Source: Hyalangium minutum
Lineage (GTDB): Bacteria > Myxococcota > Myxococcia > Myxococcales > Myxococcaceae
Length of the DNA stretch: 64,000 bases
NCBI RefSeq assembly: GCF_000737315.1
Contig: NZ_JMCB01000018.1
Coordinates: forward strand, 1-64,000
Direction: 5' to 3'
The notes under the pieces are model-generated. The model saw only the letters and a program-made list of their open reading frames with translations. It did no database searches and had not been told where the DNA came from. The translations under genes and the position numbers were made by a program. This document shows, one piece after another, positions 30,416 through 39,374 of the stretch. Position 1 is the stretch's first letter; every line of letters begins with the position of its first letter.

Positions 30416-30844
30416 ATGGCCGAGAAACAGTTCAAGAACCCCACACCCACCGTGGACTGCATCATCGAGCTGTCCGGTGAGCGAATCGTCCTCATCCGCC
30501 GCAAGAACCCACCCCTCGGCTGGGCCCTGCCCGGTGGCTTCGTGGACGAGGGAGAGCCCCTCCACGCCGCCGCCGTGCGCGAGGCCCGCGAGGAGACCGG
30601 CCTCACCGTGGAGCTCGTGGAGCAGTTCTTCACCTACTCGGACCCGAAGCGCGACCCGCGCAAGCACACCGTCTCCACCGTCTACATTGGCCGCGCCCAG
30701 GGAGAGCCCCAGGGCTCCGATGACGCCGCCGAGGCCCGCACGTTCCCCTTGAACGCCCTCCCGCCGGATCTCTGCTTCGATCACGGCACCATCCTCTCCG
30801 ACTACCTGGCCTACAAGCGGACCGGCCAGCGCCGGAAGATCTGA
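30416..30844 (+). CDS. NUDIX hydrolase
   Basis: Nudix box GGFVDEGE...REAREETG; DPKRDPR.H. Confidence 0.93.
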   Translation: MAEKQFKNPTPTVDCIIELSGERIVLIRRKNPPLGWALPGGFVDEGEPLHAAAVREAREETGLTVELVEQFFTYSDPKRDPRKHTVSTVYIGRAQGEPQGSDDAAEARTFPLNALPPDLCFDHGTILSDYLAYKRTGQRRKI

Positions 30845-30856
30845 AGCGCCGCCCGG

Positions 30857-32260
30857 ATGTACGCCCTCCTGGCCCTCCTCGCCCTCGGCCTGCTGCTGGC
30901 CGTGCACGAGCTGGGACACCTCGTGGCCGCGCGGCTGCTCGGCGTGAGCGTGCCCCGGTTCTCGCTGGGCTTTGGGCCGCCCCTGCTGTCCTTCCGGCTG
31001 TTCGGCACCGAGTTCGTCATCGCCGCCATCCCCATTGGCGCGTCGGCCCACCTCCACGGGATGAACCCCCACGTGGCGGGGCTGGATCCCACGGATCCTC
31101 GGAGCTACTCGGCACAGCGGGCCTGGAAGCGCGTGGTCATCACGCTCGCGGGCTCGCTGGCCAACTACCTGTTCGCCCTGGGCGTCCTCTTCACGCTGTA
31201 CACCTCAGGCACCCACGTGGTGGTTCCTCTCACGGTGGGCACCGTGACGCCGGGCTCGGAGGCGGCCCGAGCGCAGATGCTCCCGGGCGATCGCATCCTC
31301 AGCGTGGATGGCCAGCCGGTGAAGAGCTGGTCGGACTTCGTCGAGATCATCGGCAAGAGCCCCGGCCAGGAGCGGACGCTCGTCATCGTGCGCCATGAGG
31401 ACTCGCGCGTCGTGCAGGTGCGCCCCCGCCCGGATGAGCGCGGGGTGGGCCGCATCGGCGTGAGCCAGCAGTACGTCTATAAGGAGCACCCGCCGGGCGA
31501 GGCCCTGACCCAGTCGCTCTTGCACAGCCAGCGCGTGGCCGCCGAAGCGCTCTCGCTCGTCTGGAGCGTGGTGGCCGGACGGGCTCCCACGGCGGAGCCG
31601 CCCAGCTCCGTGGCCTTGGTGCGGCAGTCCTCGGGCGCCGCCTCCAGTGGATGGGACTCCTTCTTGCGGGTGCTGGTGGCTCTCTCGGTGGCACTGTCGC
31701 TCCTGCACCTCGTCCCCGTGCCCGGGCTGGATGGCGGGCGGCTGCTGTTCCTCGTCATCGAGCTGGCCCGCAGGCGGCCCATGTCCCCCAAGGTGGAGAC
31801 CCTGGCGACCGCACTGGGCTTCCTGGTGCTGGCCGCGGCCATCGTGTTCGTGGCCGTCGAGGAGGTACGGCGGTTCCTTCCCTCGGGCTCTGCCCCTCCT
31901 CCGTCCGGCGCGCCGCCTTCGCCTGCTCCCCCGGCTGCTGGGGATACCACCAGTCAGACGCTGGTCCTCGATGCCGGGGTGCCTTCCTCGGACGCGGGAA
32001 CCTCTTCCCCCGGGATGGTGTCGGACGCAGGGCGTCCCTCCCCGGAGGTCCGGGGAGCGCCGAGTCCGGGGCCCGCCTCGGATGGAGGAGTTCCTCCTAG
32101 GGATGCGGGAGTTCCTCCAGACGCGGGAGTCCCTCCGGACGCGGGAGTCCCTCCGGCAGCAGGGGGACCCTCGGATGCCGGGGCACTGGCCGGACCAGGG
32201 AGCGTCCTGGATGCGGGAAGTGCTCCGCGAGACGCAGGCGCTGCTGCTGACGCAGGGTGA
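30857..32260 (+). CDS. RseP-like site-2 (M50) intramembrane metalloprotease with PDZ and a long low-complexity tail
   Basis: VHELGH, FSLGFG, PVPGLDGG; PDZ; DAG-repeat tail. Confidence 0.88.
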   Translation: MYALLALLALGLLLAVHELGHLVAARLLGVSVPRFSLGFGPPLLSFRLFGTEFVIAAIPIGASAHLHGMNPHVAGLDPTDPRSYSAQRAWKRVVITLAGSLANYLFALGVLFTLYTSGTHVVVPLTVGTVTPGSEAARAQMLPGDRILSVDGQPVKSWSDFVEIIGKSPGQERTLVIVRHEDSRVVQVRPRPDERGVGRIGVSQQYVYKEHPPGEALTQSLLHSQRVAAEALSLVWSVVAGRAPTAEPPSSVALVRQSSGAASSGWDSFLRVLVALSVALSLLHLVPVPGLDGGRLLFLVIELARRRPMSPKVETLATALGFLVLAAAIVFVAVEEVRRFLPSGSAPPPSGAPPSPAPPAAGDTTSQTLVLDAGVPSSDAGTSSPGMVSDAGRPSPEVRGAPSPGPASDGGVPPRDAGVPPDAGVPPDAGVPPAAGGPSDAGALAGPGSVLDAGSAPRDAGAAADAG

Positions 32261-32282
32261 AGGCTCTATTCTCGGACGGTCC

Positions 32283-32939
32283 ATGAATCGCCAAGTCAAC
32301 GTCGGCCTCTTTTGCGAGCTGTACTGGGGAACCTCCCTGGCGGAGGCCTGGAGTTTCGGCCCCGAGAAGCCCCGGGTCCTCGCCGCGCCCGACGAGAAGG
32401 CCCCGCTGCCGCTCTATGGCTTCACCCTGCCCGAGGAGCCCTTCCTCCTGGCCGAGCGCACCGAGCGCGGCTACCGCATCTTCGTGCCCCCCAGCGCGAA
32501 GCTGGAGCGCAGCACGAAGGGCGACGCGTTCCACGAAGTCCCCATCTCCCAGCTCGAGCAGCACGAGGGCCGTGCCACCGTGGAGCTTCCCGAGGGCACC
32601 ACGCTGCGCCTCACCGAGGGCCAGCTCCACCTGATCGTTCAGCACTCGGTGGCGAAGGAGCGCGTGGCCCAGTTCCGGCTGCGGGACTTCGCCTGGCTGG
32701 CGATGGTCATCATCCTGTTCCTGAGCGCGCCCGTGGGCTTCCTGATCGCCGGGCCAGATCCCGCGAGGATGGCGGAGAACAACGCCCGGGCGCTCGCGGC
32801 GGCCAAGGAGAAGGATCTGGAGCGGCGCAAGGCCATGGGGCTCGACACGCCGCTGCGGCCCATCCCCGAGGCCGAGCAGAAACAAAAGCCCGACGCTGGC
32901 ACCCAGGTCACCGTACCCGCGAGCCTCAGCGTCCACTGA
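32283..32939 (+). CDS. Hypothetical single-TM protein
   Basis: ATG 32283; beta-rich N-terminus, TM WLAMVIILFLSAPVGFLIAG, short helical tail. Confidence 0.7.
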   Translation: MNRQVNVGLFCELYWGTSLAEAWSFGPEKPRVLAAPDEKAPLPLYGFTLPEEPFLLAERTERGYRIFVPPSAKLERSTKGDAFHEVPISQLEQHEGRATVELPEGTTLRLTEGQLHLIVQHSVAKERVAQFRLRDFAWLAMVIILFLSAPVGFLIAGPDPARMAENNARALAAAKEKDLERRKAMGLDTPLRPIPEAEQKQKPDAGTQVTVPASLSVH

Positions 32940-33130
32940 CGCCCACCTCATGCTGGGCAGCATTCCCTTACAGGGTGAGACGGCGCCATTCCCTGTGCGG
33001 AAATGAAAGCGATAACAGAGAGCGCTTCATTCCGGGAACTCGATGATCCTCGGAAAGAACTGAGTCATCCTTCGCGCGGGCAGTGCCCTGCCCCTCTCTC
33101 GCGTCGGGCGAGAGAGCCCCCAAGACAGCG

Positions 33131-34960
33131 ATGATGACCATGACTCCTTTAGTGAACAGCTCCCGGCTGTCGTTGATGCTATCGCTCTGTACCCTCCTCA
33201 GCGTGCTCTCGGCGTGTGGCTCCACGGCCCCCGCCGAGTCCGGCCCCTTGCCAGGGGATGTCGAAGACGTGATGGCGAGGACATGGACCTCGGGCAAAGA
33301 CGGAGTAGCGCCCAGCGCGTTCACCCCTTCTTCCGAGGCCGGTGTTCCGATCTTCCACTCCTATGTCTCGAAGTCCCAGGTGACGCCCTCCGTCACGGCG
33401 GGCAACGGCCTCTACCTCGTGGTGTGGAAGGAGTTCATCGCCGACACCGCGATGATCCTGGCGGCGCGCGTGCGCGCTTCCGACGGAGCCGTGCTGGATG
33501 CCTCGCCGCTCGTCATCGACACGCAGACGCAGTACGAGAGCGTGGCAAAGCCCACCGCCGCTTTCGATGGAACGAACTTCCTGGTGGTCTACGGCAAGTA
33601 CCGTCCCAGCAACTACAGCTACCGCGAGGACATCTTCGGCAAGCGAGTGAGGGCCTCGGATGGAGCGGTGCTCGACAGTGGCCCCATCCAGATCAGCTTC
33701 ATCTCCAACTCCGGGATCACCCAAAACCCGACGGTGACCTTCACTGGGAGCTACTTCCTGGTCCTCTGGGAGACGATGGTTTCGGGCTGGTCGCTCTACG
33801 GGGCCTATGTGCAGCCCTCGGGACAGGTCATCACCACCACCTCGAGCTTTGCCGTGGCTCCGAATGCCTTCAATTCCCAGCTGGCCTCGGGGCCCTCGGG
33901 CAACTCCCTGGCCGTCTGGAGCGAGACTCCGCAGGGCCGGATCCGCGTCGGCTGGCTCACGGGAACCTCGCACCAGGCGATCTTGTTCTTCACGGTGGCC
34001 GACTCGGGCGGCAGCAACCCGGCGATTGCCTACAACGGGAGCACCTTCCTGGTGGTCTGGAACGAGGCGGGGGGCGTCGTGAAGGCCCGGCGGGTGAGGC
34101 TGTCGCAGGTACAGGGACAGCCGTTCAGCGACACGAGCTTCACCGTAGGCACGGGGGCCATTTCAGCGGCCACCGTGAGCGCGGACGCTCAGAACTTCCA
34201 CGTCACCTACGAGGCGACGCGCGATGGAGCGCGCCAGCTGATCAGCACCCGGGTCACGGCTGACGGGGTGGTGGCGTCCGGCGCGGAGAACACGCTGTCG
34301 GACCTTCGTACCTCCACAGGCGCGGAGCGGCCCGCGTCCGCCTCCCTGGGAGCGGACCAGAAGCTGGTGGCTTACAAGCAGTACGAGCCGGCGGTGGGCT
34401 ACGAGCGCATCAAGTTCCGCCGCGTCTCGGATGTGGTGGCCAGCGACTGCACCACGGGTCAGCCCTCCATCGTCCTCAATGGTGACGCGACGATGACCCT
34501 GGAGTGCGGCTCGGCGGCGTACGTGGACGCGGGCGCCCACGCCTTCAATGGCTGTGGCGACGCGCTGCCGGTGACGGCGTACAACTCGGGCGCGGACTCC
34601 TCGGGACCGGGGCCGAACTCGGGCGCGGTGGGCAGCTACAGCGTCGGCTACGCGGCCTGGGACGCCACGGGCTCCGCGAATGCCTCGCGGACGGTGAATG
34701 TGGTGGATCGGACGCCCCCGGTGCTGACCCTCAAGGGGCCGGCCCACTCCACGCACATGTGCGGCAGCCAGTGGGTGGATCCGGGCGTGACGGCCACGGA
34801 CACGTGCTACGGCAACCTCACGGCCCAGGTGTGGCACACGGGCGAGGTGAATGGCTGGGCGGAGGGCACCTATACGGTGACGTACACGCTGACCGACACG
34901 GGCGGCAACAGCACCACGCCCGTGCAGCGCACCGTCGAGGTCGTCGACTGCCCCTGGTAG
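33131..34960 (+). CDS. Lipoprotein with repeated G..(Y/F)LVVW blades and two C-terminal DUF5011/Ig-like domains
   Basis: Lipobox LSAC; about 7 repeats; PSIVLNG..MTLECG and PPVLTLKG..HMCG..WVDPGVTATD. Start uncertain (33131-33175). Confidence 0.75.
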   Translation: MMTMTPLVNSSRLSLMLSLCTLLSVLSACGSTAPAESGPLPGDVEDVMARTWTSGKDGVAPSAFTPSSEAGVPIFHSYVSKSQVTPSVTAGNGLYLVVWKEFIADTAMILAARVRASDGAVLDASPLVIDTQTQYESVAKPTAAFDGTNFLVVYGKYRPSNYSYREDIFGKRVRASDGAVLDSGPIQISFISNSGITQNPTVTFTGSYFLVLWETMVSGWSLYGAYVQPSGQVITTTSSFAVAPNAFNSQLASGPSGNSLAVWSETPQGRIRVGWLTGTSHQAILFFTVADSGGSNPAIAYNGSTFLVVWNEAGGVVKARRVRLSQVQGQPFSDTSFTVGTGAISAATVSADAQNFHVTYEATRDGARQLISTRVTADGVVASGAENTLSDLRTSTGAERPASASLGADQKLVAYKQYEPAVGYERIKFRRVSDVVASDCTTGQPSIVLNGDATMTLECGSAAYVDAGAHAFNGCGDALPVTAYNSGADSSGPGPNSGAVGSYSVGYAAWDATGSANASRTVNVVDRTPPVLTLKGPAHSTHMCGSQWVDPGVTATDTCYGNLTAQVWHTGEVNGWAEGTYTVTYTLTDTGGNSTTPVQRTVEVVDCPW

Positions 34961-35024
34961 CCAGCGTCACGCGCCTGCGGCGAGTGGCAGCGCGCTCAGT
35001 GCTCAAGTAAGCCGCAGAGCTGTC

Positions 35025-35071
35025 CACGAGCCCCGGAAGTGCCGTCTCCCATGGCACTTCCGGGGCTCGTG
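35025..35071. terminator. Perfect 19-bp stem, 9-nt loop hairpin
   Basis: cacgagccccggaagtgcc (35025-35043) / ggcacttccggggctcgtg (35053-35071); no U-tract. Confidence 0.6.
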
Positions 35072-35123
35072 CACTTGGAGAGTCCTCACGACACGGCGCC
35101 TCGCACCCTCGCTTGACAGGCAG

Positions 35124-35168
35124 GATGATGTTCGTCATCTTCACTCGCCAGGATGATGACCATCATCC
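35124..35168. promoter_or_regulatory. Two TetR-type operators (ATGAYG-NN-CRTCAT) just after a TTGACA -35 box
   Basis: TTGACA 35113-35118; GATGATGTTCGTCATC 35124-35139; perfect palindrome GGATGATGACCATCATCC 35151-35168. Confidence 0.7.
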
Positions 35169-35215
35169 ACTTGAGCCAGCCGTCCCCCACCGTCGTTTCC
35201 AGTCCGGAGGCCCCC

Positions 35216-35650
35216 ATGCCCATGATTGACGTCTACGCAGCAGCAGACCTTTTCCCGGCAGGCACTGAGCGCCAGCTTGGCGAGGAGCTCACCTTCGCGA
35301 TTCTTCGCGCCGAGGGAGTCGCCACCCCGGGGCCCTTCCATCTGAACAATACGGCGGTGTACCTCCACCGGATGGCGCCCCCCACGGTTCAGACGGCTGC
35401 CACCGCCGCCGCTCGCACCGTGCGTGTCCAGGTCATCACCCCGCCGGCGGCGTTGACCCGCCAAGGCCAGAAGCAGCTCGTCAAAGAGGTGACGGAGATC
35501 GTCGCGAAGATCTCCGGTGACCCGGCTCAGGCTGGCCGCACCTGGGTGCTGCTCACCGAAGCCGCGGAAGGGGGCTGGGGCATCGCGGGTACAGCCTACG
35601 GACGCGAAGAGTTCGCCGCGCTGGCGGCCAAGGCGCGAGGCGCGCAGTAA
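35216..35650 (+). CDS. 4-oxalocrotonate tautomerase (MIF-like) family protein
   Basis: N-terminal MPMIDV (catalytic Pro1); WVLLTEAAEGGWG; RBS ggagg. Confidence 0.85.
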   Translation: MPMIDVYAAADLFPAGTERQLGEELTFAILRAEGVATPGPFHLNNTAVYLHRMAPPTVQTAATAAARTVRVQVITPPAALTRQGQKQLVKEVTEIVAKISGDPAQAGRTWVLLTEAAEGGWGIAGTAYGREEFAALAAKARGAQ

Positions 35651-35672
35651 GCAGAAGCACCACCCACCGCGC

Positions 35673-36245
35673 TCAGCCCAGGTGGGCCTTCAGCTCGTCG
35701 GCAGCGGACCTGAGGATCTCCCGAGAGAGCTTCTCGTCGTTCACCGCACGGGCCAGTGAGACGGCACCGACCAGCGTGGACAACGCGGCGATCGCCTTCG
35801 TCCTCCTGGCCCGTTGTGTGTCGCTCGCGATCAGCTTGGTGAGCAGCTCCAGGTACGTGCTGACCTGCCGCGTATAGGCGGAGCGTGCCCGCTCGTTGCT
35901 GCGGGCCACGTCGCCCGCCAACGTCGTGACAGCACAGCTCGTCGCCAGCCCATCGCGGTGCGCCTCGCTGAGGTAGCCGTCCACCAGCGCGGCCAGGGCG
36001 GAGTGCTTGAGGTTCTCCACCGCAGTGACGGCCCGTCCCCCATCTTGCAGCGCACGCTCGATGGCCTCAGCCACCAGTTCCTCGCGCGAATCGAAGTGCC
36101 GGTAGAAGCCGCCGTGGGTCAGCCCGGCTTCCTTCATCAGGTCGGACACACCGAGGCCATCGACGCCCTCTTCCCGAAACCGCGCGGCAGCCACCCGCAC
36201 GATGCGCTCATGGGTCTCGTCCTTCTCTGCCTTGGAATGGCCCAT
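35673..36245 (-). CDS. TetR/AcrR family regulator
   Basis: AARFREEGVDGLGVSDLMKEAGLTHGGFYRHFDSREEL. Confidence 0.93.
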   Translation of the reverse strand: MGHSKAEKDETHERIVRVAAARFREEGVDGLGVSDLMKEAGLTHGGFYRHFDSREELVAEAIERALQDGGRAVTAVENLKHSALAALVDGYLSEAHRDGLATSCAVTTLAGDVARSNERARSAYTRQVSTYLELLTKLIASDTQRARRTKAIAALSTLVGAVSLARAVNDEKLSREILRSAADELKAHLG

Positions 36246-36276
36246 GGGGGAGGCTCCACGTCCCCACCTGATGTGG

Positions 36277-36290
36277 ATGACGGTCGTCAT
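36277..36290. promoter_or_regulatory. TetR autoregulatory operator
   Basis: Perfect palindrome ATGACG-GT-CGTCAT about 30 bp upstream of the tetR start; same consensus as the 35124-35168 sites. Confidence 0.7.
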
Positions 36291-36301
36291 TCAGGATAAC
36301 G

Positions 36302-36357
36302 CAAAAAACGAAGCGGCCCACCTCCACCGCGACGCCGCGCGGGGAAGTGGGCCGCCA
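36302..36357 (-). terminator. Rho-independent terminator of the GH55 gene
   Basis: Minus strand GCGGCCCACTTCC...GGAGGTGGGCCGC stem followed by TTCGTTTTTT. Confidence 0.75.
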
Positions 36358-36379
36358 GTGCCCAGACCTCTTCAGGAGA

Positions 36380-39031
36380 TCAAGGCTTGGTCCAGGTGTA
36401 GTTCGGCGTGTCGTACTGCGCGCCGGCCTTGTTGTAGGTGAACGAGTACGTGAGCACGTTCCCCGAGTTCACGCCGCTCGCCGTGTACTCCCAGCGGCCC
36501 GCGGTGCTGTTGTAGGTCATCTGGATGTTCTGCTGACCGAGCGTCGGCGTGCTGTAGTGCACGATGACGTATTGGGCCGTGAAGCCAGTGGGCGCGAACC
36601 AGAGGAGCGCCTGGGTGGAGCTGGCGCTGCTCGTGCCATAAGTCCACTCGGCGCCCGTGCCGCCGCTGCCGCCGGAGGCCTGCGTGGTGGCGCTGGCGGT
36701 GTTGCTGGCCGCCGAGAGGTTCCCGGCCGCGTCGCGCGCCTTGACCGTGTAGCTGTAGGCCGTGGAAGCCGTCAGCCCCGTGTTGCTGAACGAAGTCGTC
36801 GTCGAGGTGCCGACCTGCGTGCCGCCCCGGTAGATGATGTAGCCCGTCACGCCCACGTTGTCGGTGGAGGCGCTCCAGCTCAGGTTGATCTGGCTGCTGG
36901 AGACCGCCGTGGCCGTCAGGTTGCCCGGAGTGCTCGGGGCCTGGGTGTCGCCAGCCGCGGCCTGCGTGGTAGCGCTGGCGGTGTTGCTGGCCGCAGAGAC
37001 GTTGCCGGCCGCATCGCGCGCCCGGACCGTGTAGCTGTAGGTCGTGGAGGCCGTCAGCCCCGTGTTGCTGAACGAATTCGTCCCCGAGGTGCCAATCAGC
37101 GAGCCACCCCGGTAGATGTCATAGCCCGTCACGCCCACGTTGTCCGAGGAGGCGCTCCAGCTCAGGTTGATCTGGCTGCTGGACACCGCCGTGGCCGTCA
37201 GGCTGCCCGGAGTCGTCGGCGCCTGGGTGTCCGCCGGAGGATTCGTCCCGCTGCCCACGAAATCGGTCCAGGTCTGCCGCTGAGCCGTGGTGGGCGAGCC
37301 CGCGTACACGCGGGTGCCGAGCCCGTTGATGATGTGGGTGATCTCACTGCCAGCCTGGCCGTTCAGCCAGATGGTCGTCAGGTGGTGCATCTTGATGCCC
37401 GGGTAGTTGGGCACCTCGATCGCGTTCTCCAGCTTCACGGCCGCGTCGCGGAAGTAGGAGTACACACCCACGCCCCACGCCTCGTGGGTGGTGACGGAGT
37501 TGGCGACCTTGTACGAGGCGTACCCGTTCACCGTCCCATTCATCCACGAGCCCTGGTTCGGGACGTCGTAGGGAATCTCGGACTGGTAGAAGTAGACGCG
37601 GCCGCCGTTGCCGTTCCACACCGTCTGGTACTGCTCGTGGTGCTCGTTGAACAGGCCGTAGATGGTGACGTTGTTGCCGTTGACGACAATGCCGCTCTTC
37701 GTGGGGTTGCTGTTCCAGGCCGCGCCCGAGCCATGGTCGGCGCGCCACAGCCAGAGCTGGTCGCCGACAACGTTGTGGCTGTTGATCGTGATGCCCACGT
37801 CGTTCTTGCCCGCGACCGGGCCACCGGTGCGGATCGTGATGTCATAGATGAAGGTGGGGTTGGACGCGTGGCTGGCCGAGCTGCCCGCGGGCCCCACCTG
37901 CAGCAGGGAGGCAGAGTTGATCGATCCGGCCTCGATGATCATGCCGCCGATCTTCACGCCATCCACGTCCGCCACCGAGATGGCCGGCTGGCCGCTGGTG
38001 GGAATCAGGGAGGGAAGGCCGAGCCCGAGGATGATGGTGTTGGGGTTGTTGACGCGCAGCGTGTCATTGAGCTGGTAGATGCCAGGGGTGAACAGCAGGT
38101 GCTTGCCGGCGCTCAGCGCGGCGTTGAGGCTGGCGGCGCTCGCGGTGGACGGCTGCGCGATGTAGAACTGATCGATCGAAACCGACGTGCCCGGCGTGGG
38201 CGAGGCCCCCCAGGACGGGCCCTGGGTGTTCGTCTGCAGGCTCGGGACGAAGACGGCGTACTGACCGGCGCTGGTGACGTAGAGGTAGGGCTTCTCCCGG
38301 ATGACCGGCGTCTGGGGAATGACCGTGTAGGGCGGCTCCGGGAAGCTGTCCGCGGGCGCGTTGACGGAGCCCACGAAGACCATGTTCCACACCGCGTTGG
38401 CCCAGCTCCCCCACTTGCTGTTGCGCGACAGCCACTGCTGCTGCGAGCCGGGGAGCACCTGGCCATCCACCACGGAGTCCGCGAGGAAGCCGCCGCTGGC
38501 CCAGCCGCCGGCCCCGGTGCTGTAGTCCACCTGGAACAGCCACAGCCCGCCCTTGATGTGCATGCGGCGCAGGGGGGCCGCCTGGGAGACGGCAATCTGC
38601 GTGGTGCCGCTCGACGGGGTGATGGCGAAGTTCTCGAAGGCGCGCCAGAAGTTGCACGTCGCGTTGGCGTTGGCCATCCAGTTGGCCGGAACGGTCACGC
38701 CCCCGGTGATGTTCACGTCATCCGGGCTCTGCCCCAGGCCCGCCACGTGGGTGTAGAAGCCCACGTTGAAGTCGATGGGGTACGTGCCCGGCTTGAAGAG
38801 CAGCGCGTACCGGTTGCTGCTGAACTCGGCGGCCTCCATGCTCGTGAAGATATTGCGGGCCACGCCCTGGACGTCCGCAGCCGGCATGCTCGTGTCGAAC
38901 ACGTAGACATTGGGCCCGAAGATCGTGGTGTTCGCCTGGGAGACCGGTACCGCGTTAGCGACCCCCGGAATCACCGCGCAGAGGCCCGCGGTGGCTACTG
39001 CTGACACCATGGATGCCAACTTCTTGAGCAT
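36380..39031 (-). CDS. Secreted GH55-like exo-beta-1,3-glucanase with 2x FN3 and a CBM56-like module
   Basis: RYALLFKPGTY, GFYTHVAGLG, NFWR, SQAAPLRR, GWASGG, SQQQW, WLWRADH, YQSEIPY resemble actinobacterial GH55; two DTQAPxTPG FN3 units; C-terminal WFAP...VHY...QQN..M...YSFTY. Confidence 0.82.
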   Translation of the reverse strand: MLKKLASMVSAVATAGLCAVIPGVANAVPVSQANTTIFGPNVYVFDTSMPAADVQGVARNIFTSMEAAEFSSNRYALLFKPGTYPIDFNVGFYTHVAGLGQSPDDVNITGGVTVPANWMANANATCNFWRAFENFAITPSSGTTQIAVSQAAPLRRMHIKGGLWLFQVDYSTGAGGWASGGFLADSVVDGQVLPGSQQQWLSRNSKWGSWANAVWNMVFVGSVNAPADSFPEPPYTVIPQTPVIREKPYLYVTSAGQYAVFVPSLQTNTQGPSWGASPTPGTSVSIDQFYIAQPSTASAASLNAALSAGKHLLFTPGIYQLNDTLRVNNPNTIILGLGLPSLIPTSGQPAISVADVDGVKIGGMIIEAGSINSASLLQVGPAGSSASHASNPTFIYDITIRTGGPVAGKNDVGITINSHNVVGDQLWLWRADHGSGAAWNSNPTKSGIVVNGNNVTIYGLFNEHHEQYQTVWNGNGGRVYFYQSEIPYDVPNQGSWMNGTVNGYASYKVANSVTTHEAWGVGVYSYFRDAAVKLENAIEVPNYPGIKMHHLTTIWLNGQAGSEITHIINGLGTRVYAGSPTTAQRQTWTDFVGSGTNPPADTQAPTTPGSLTATAVSSSQINLSWSASSDNVGVTGYDIYRGGSLIGTSGTNSFSNTGLTASTTYSYTVRARDAAGNVSAASNTASATTQAAAGDTQAPSTPGNLTATAVSSSQINLSWSASTDNVGVTGYIIYRGGTQVGTSTTTSFSNTGLTASTAYSYTVKARDAAGNLSAASNTASATTQASGGSGGTGAEWTYGTSSASSTQALLWFAPTGFTAQYVIVHYSTPTLGQQNIQMTYNSTAGRWEYTASGVNSGNVLTYSFTYNKAGAQYDTPNYTWTKP

Positions 39032-39166
39032 TTCATTGTCTCCTGGAGCACCGTGGCGTGTCTTTGTTTCGCACTGCGTCAAGACACAGCAACCCCTGAA
39101 CGGGGTTTACCCGATACTTCCGGAGACACATGTAAAAGAAGTTTATCCTGGGAGTAAAGGACTTTT

Positions 39167-39285
39167 TGAAAGCGCTGCCATAAAATGCTGTTTCAGTCGC
39201 ACAAAACACTGCGATTGCAGCAGTGCGTCATGATGACGCTTTGCGTCTTTTTTCAGGGAAGTGCTTTTAGCCGCAAGCGCTTTCA
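39167..39285. promoter_or_regulatory. Two LacI-family-like operators upstream of GH55
   Basis: TGAAAGCGCTGCCA (39167-39180) and CGCAAGCGCTTTCA (39272-39285), each 12/14 to TGAAAGCGCTTTCA. Confidence 0.6.
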
Positions 39286-39374
39286 TGGCTCAACCGCGTC
39301 AGGATGGACTTCGCGGCGGTGGTGGACGCGGCTCCTCCCCCCTGGAGCACCGGGTCCATCTGCCCCGATGAGAA

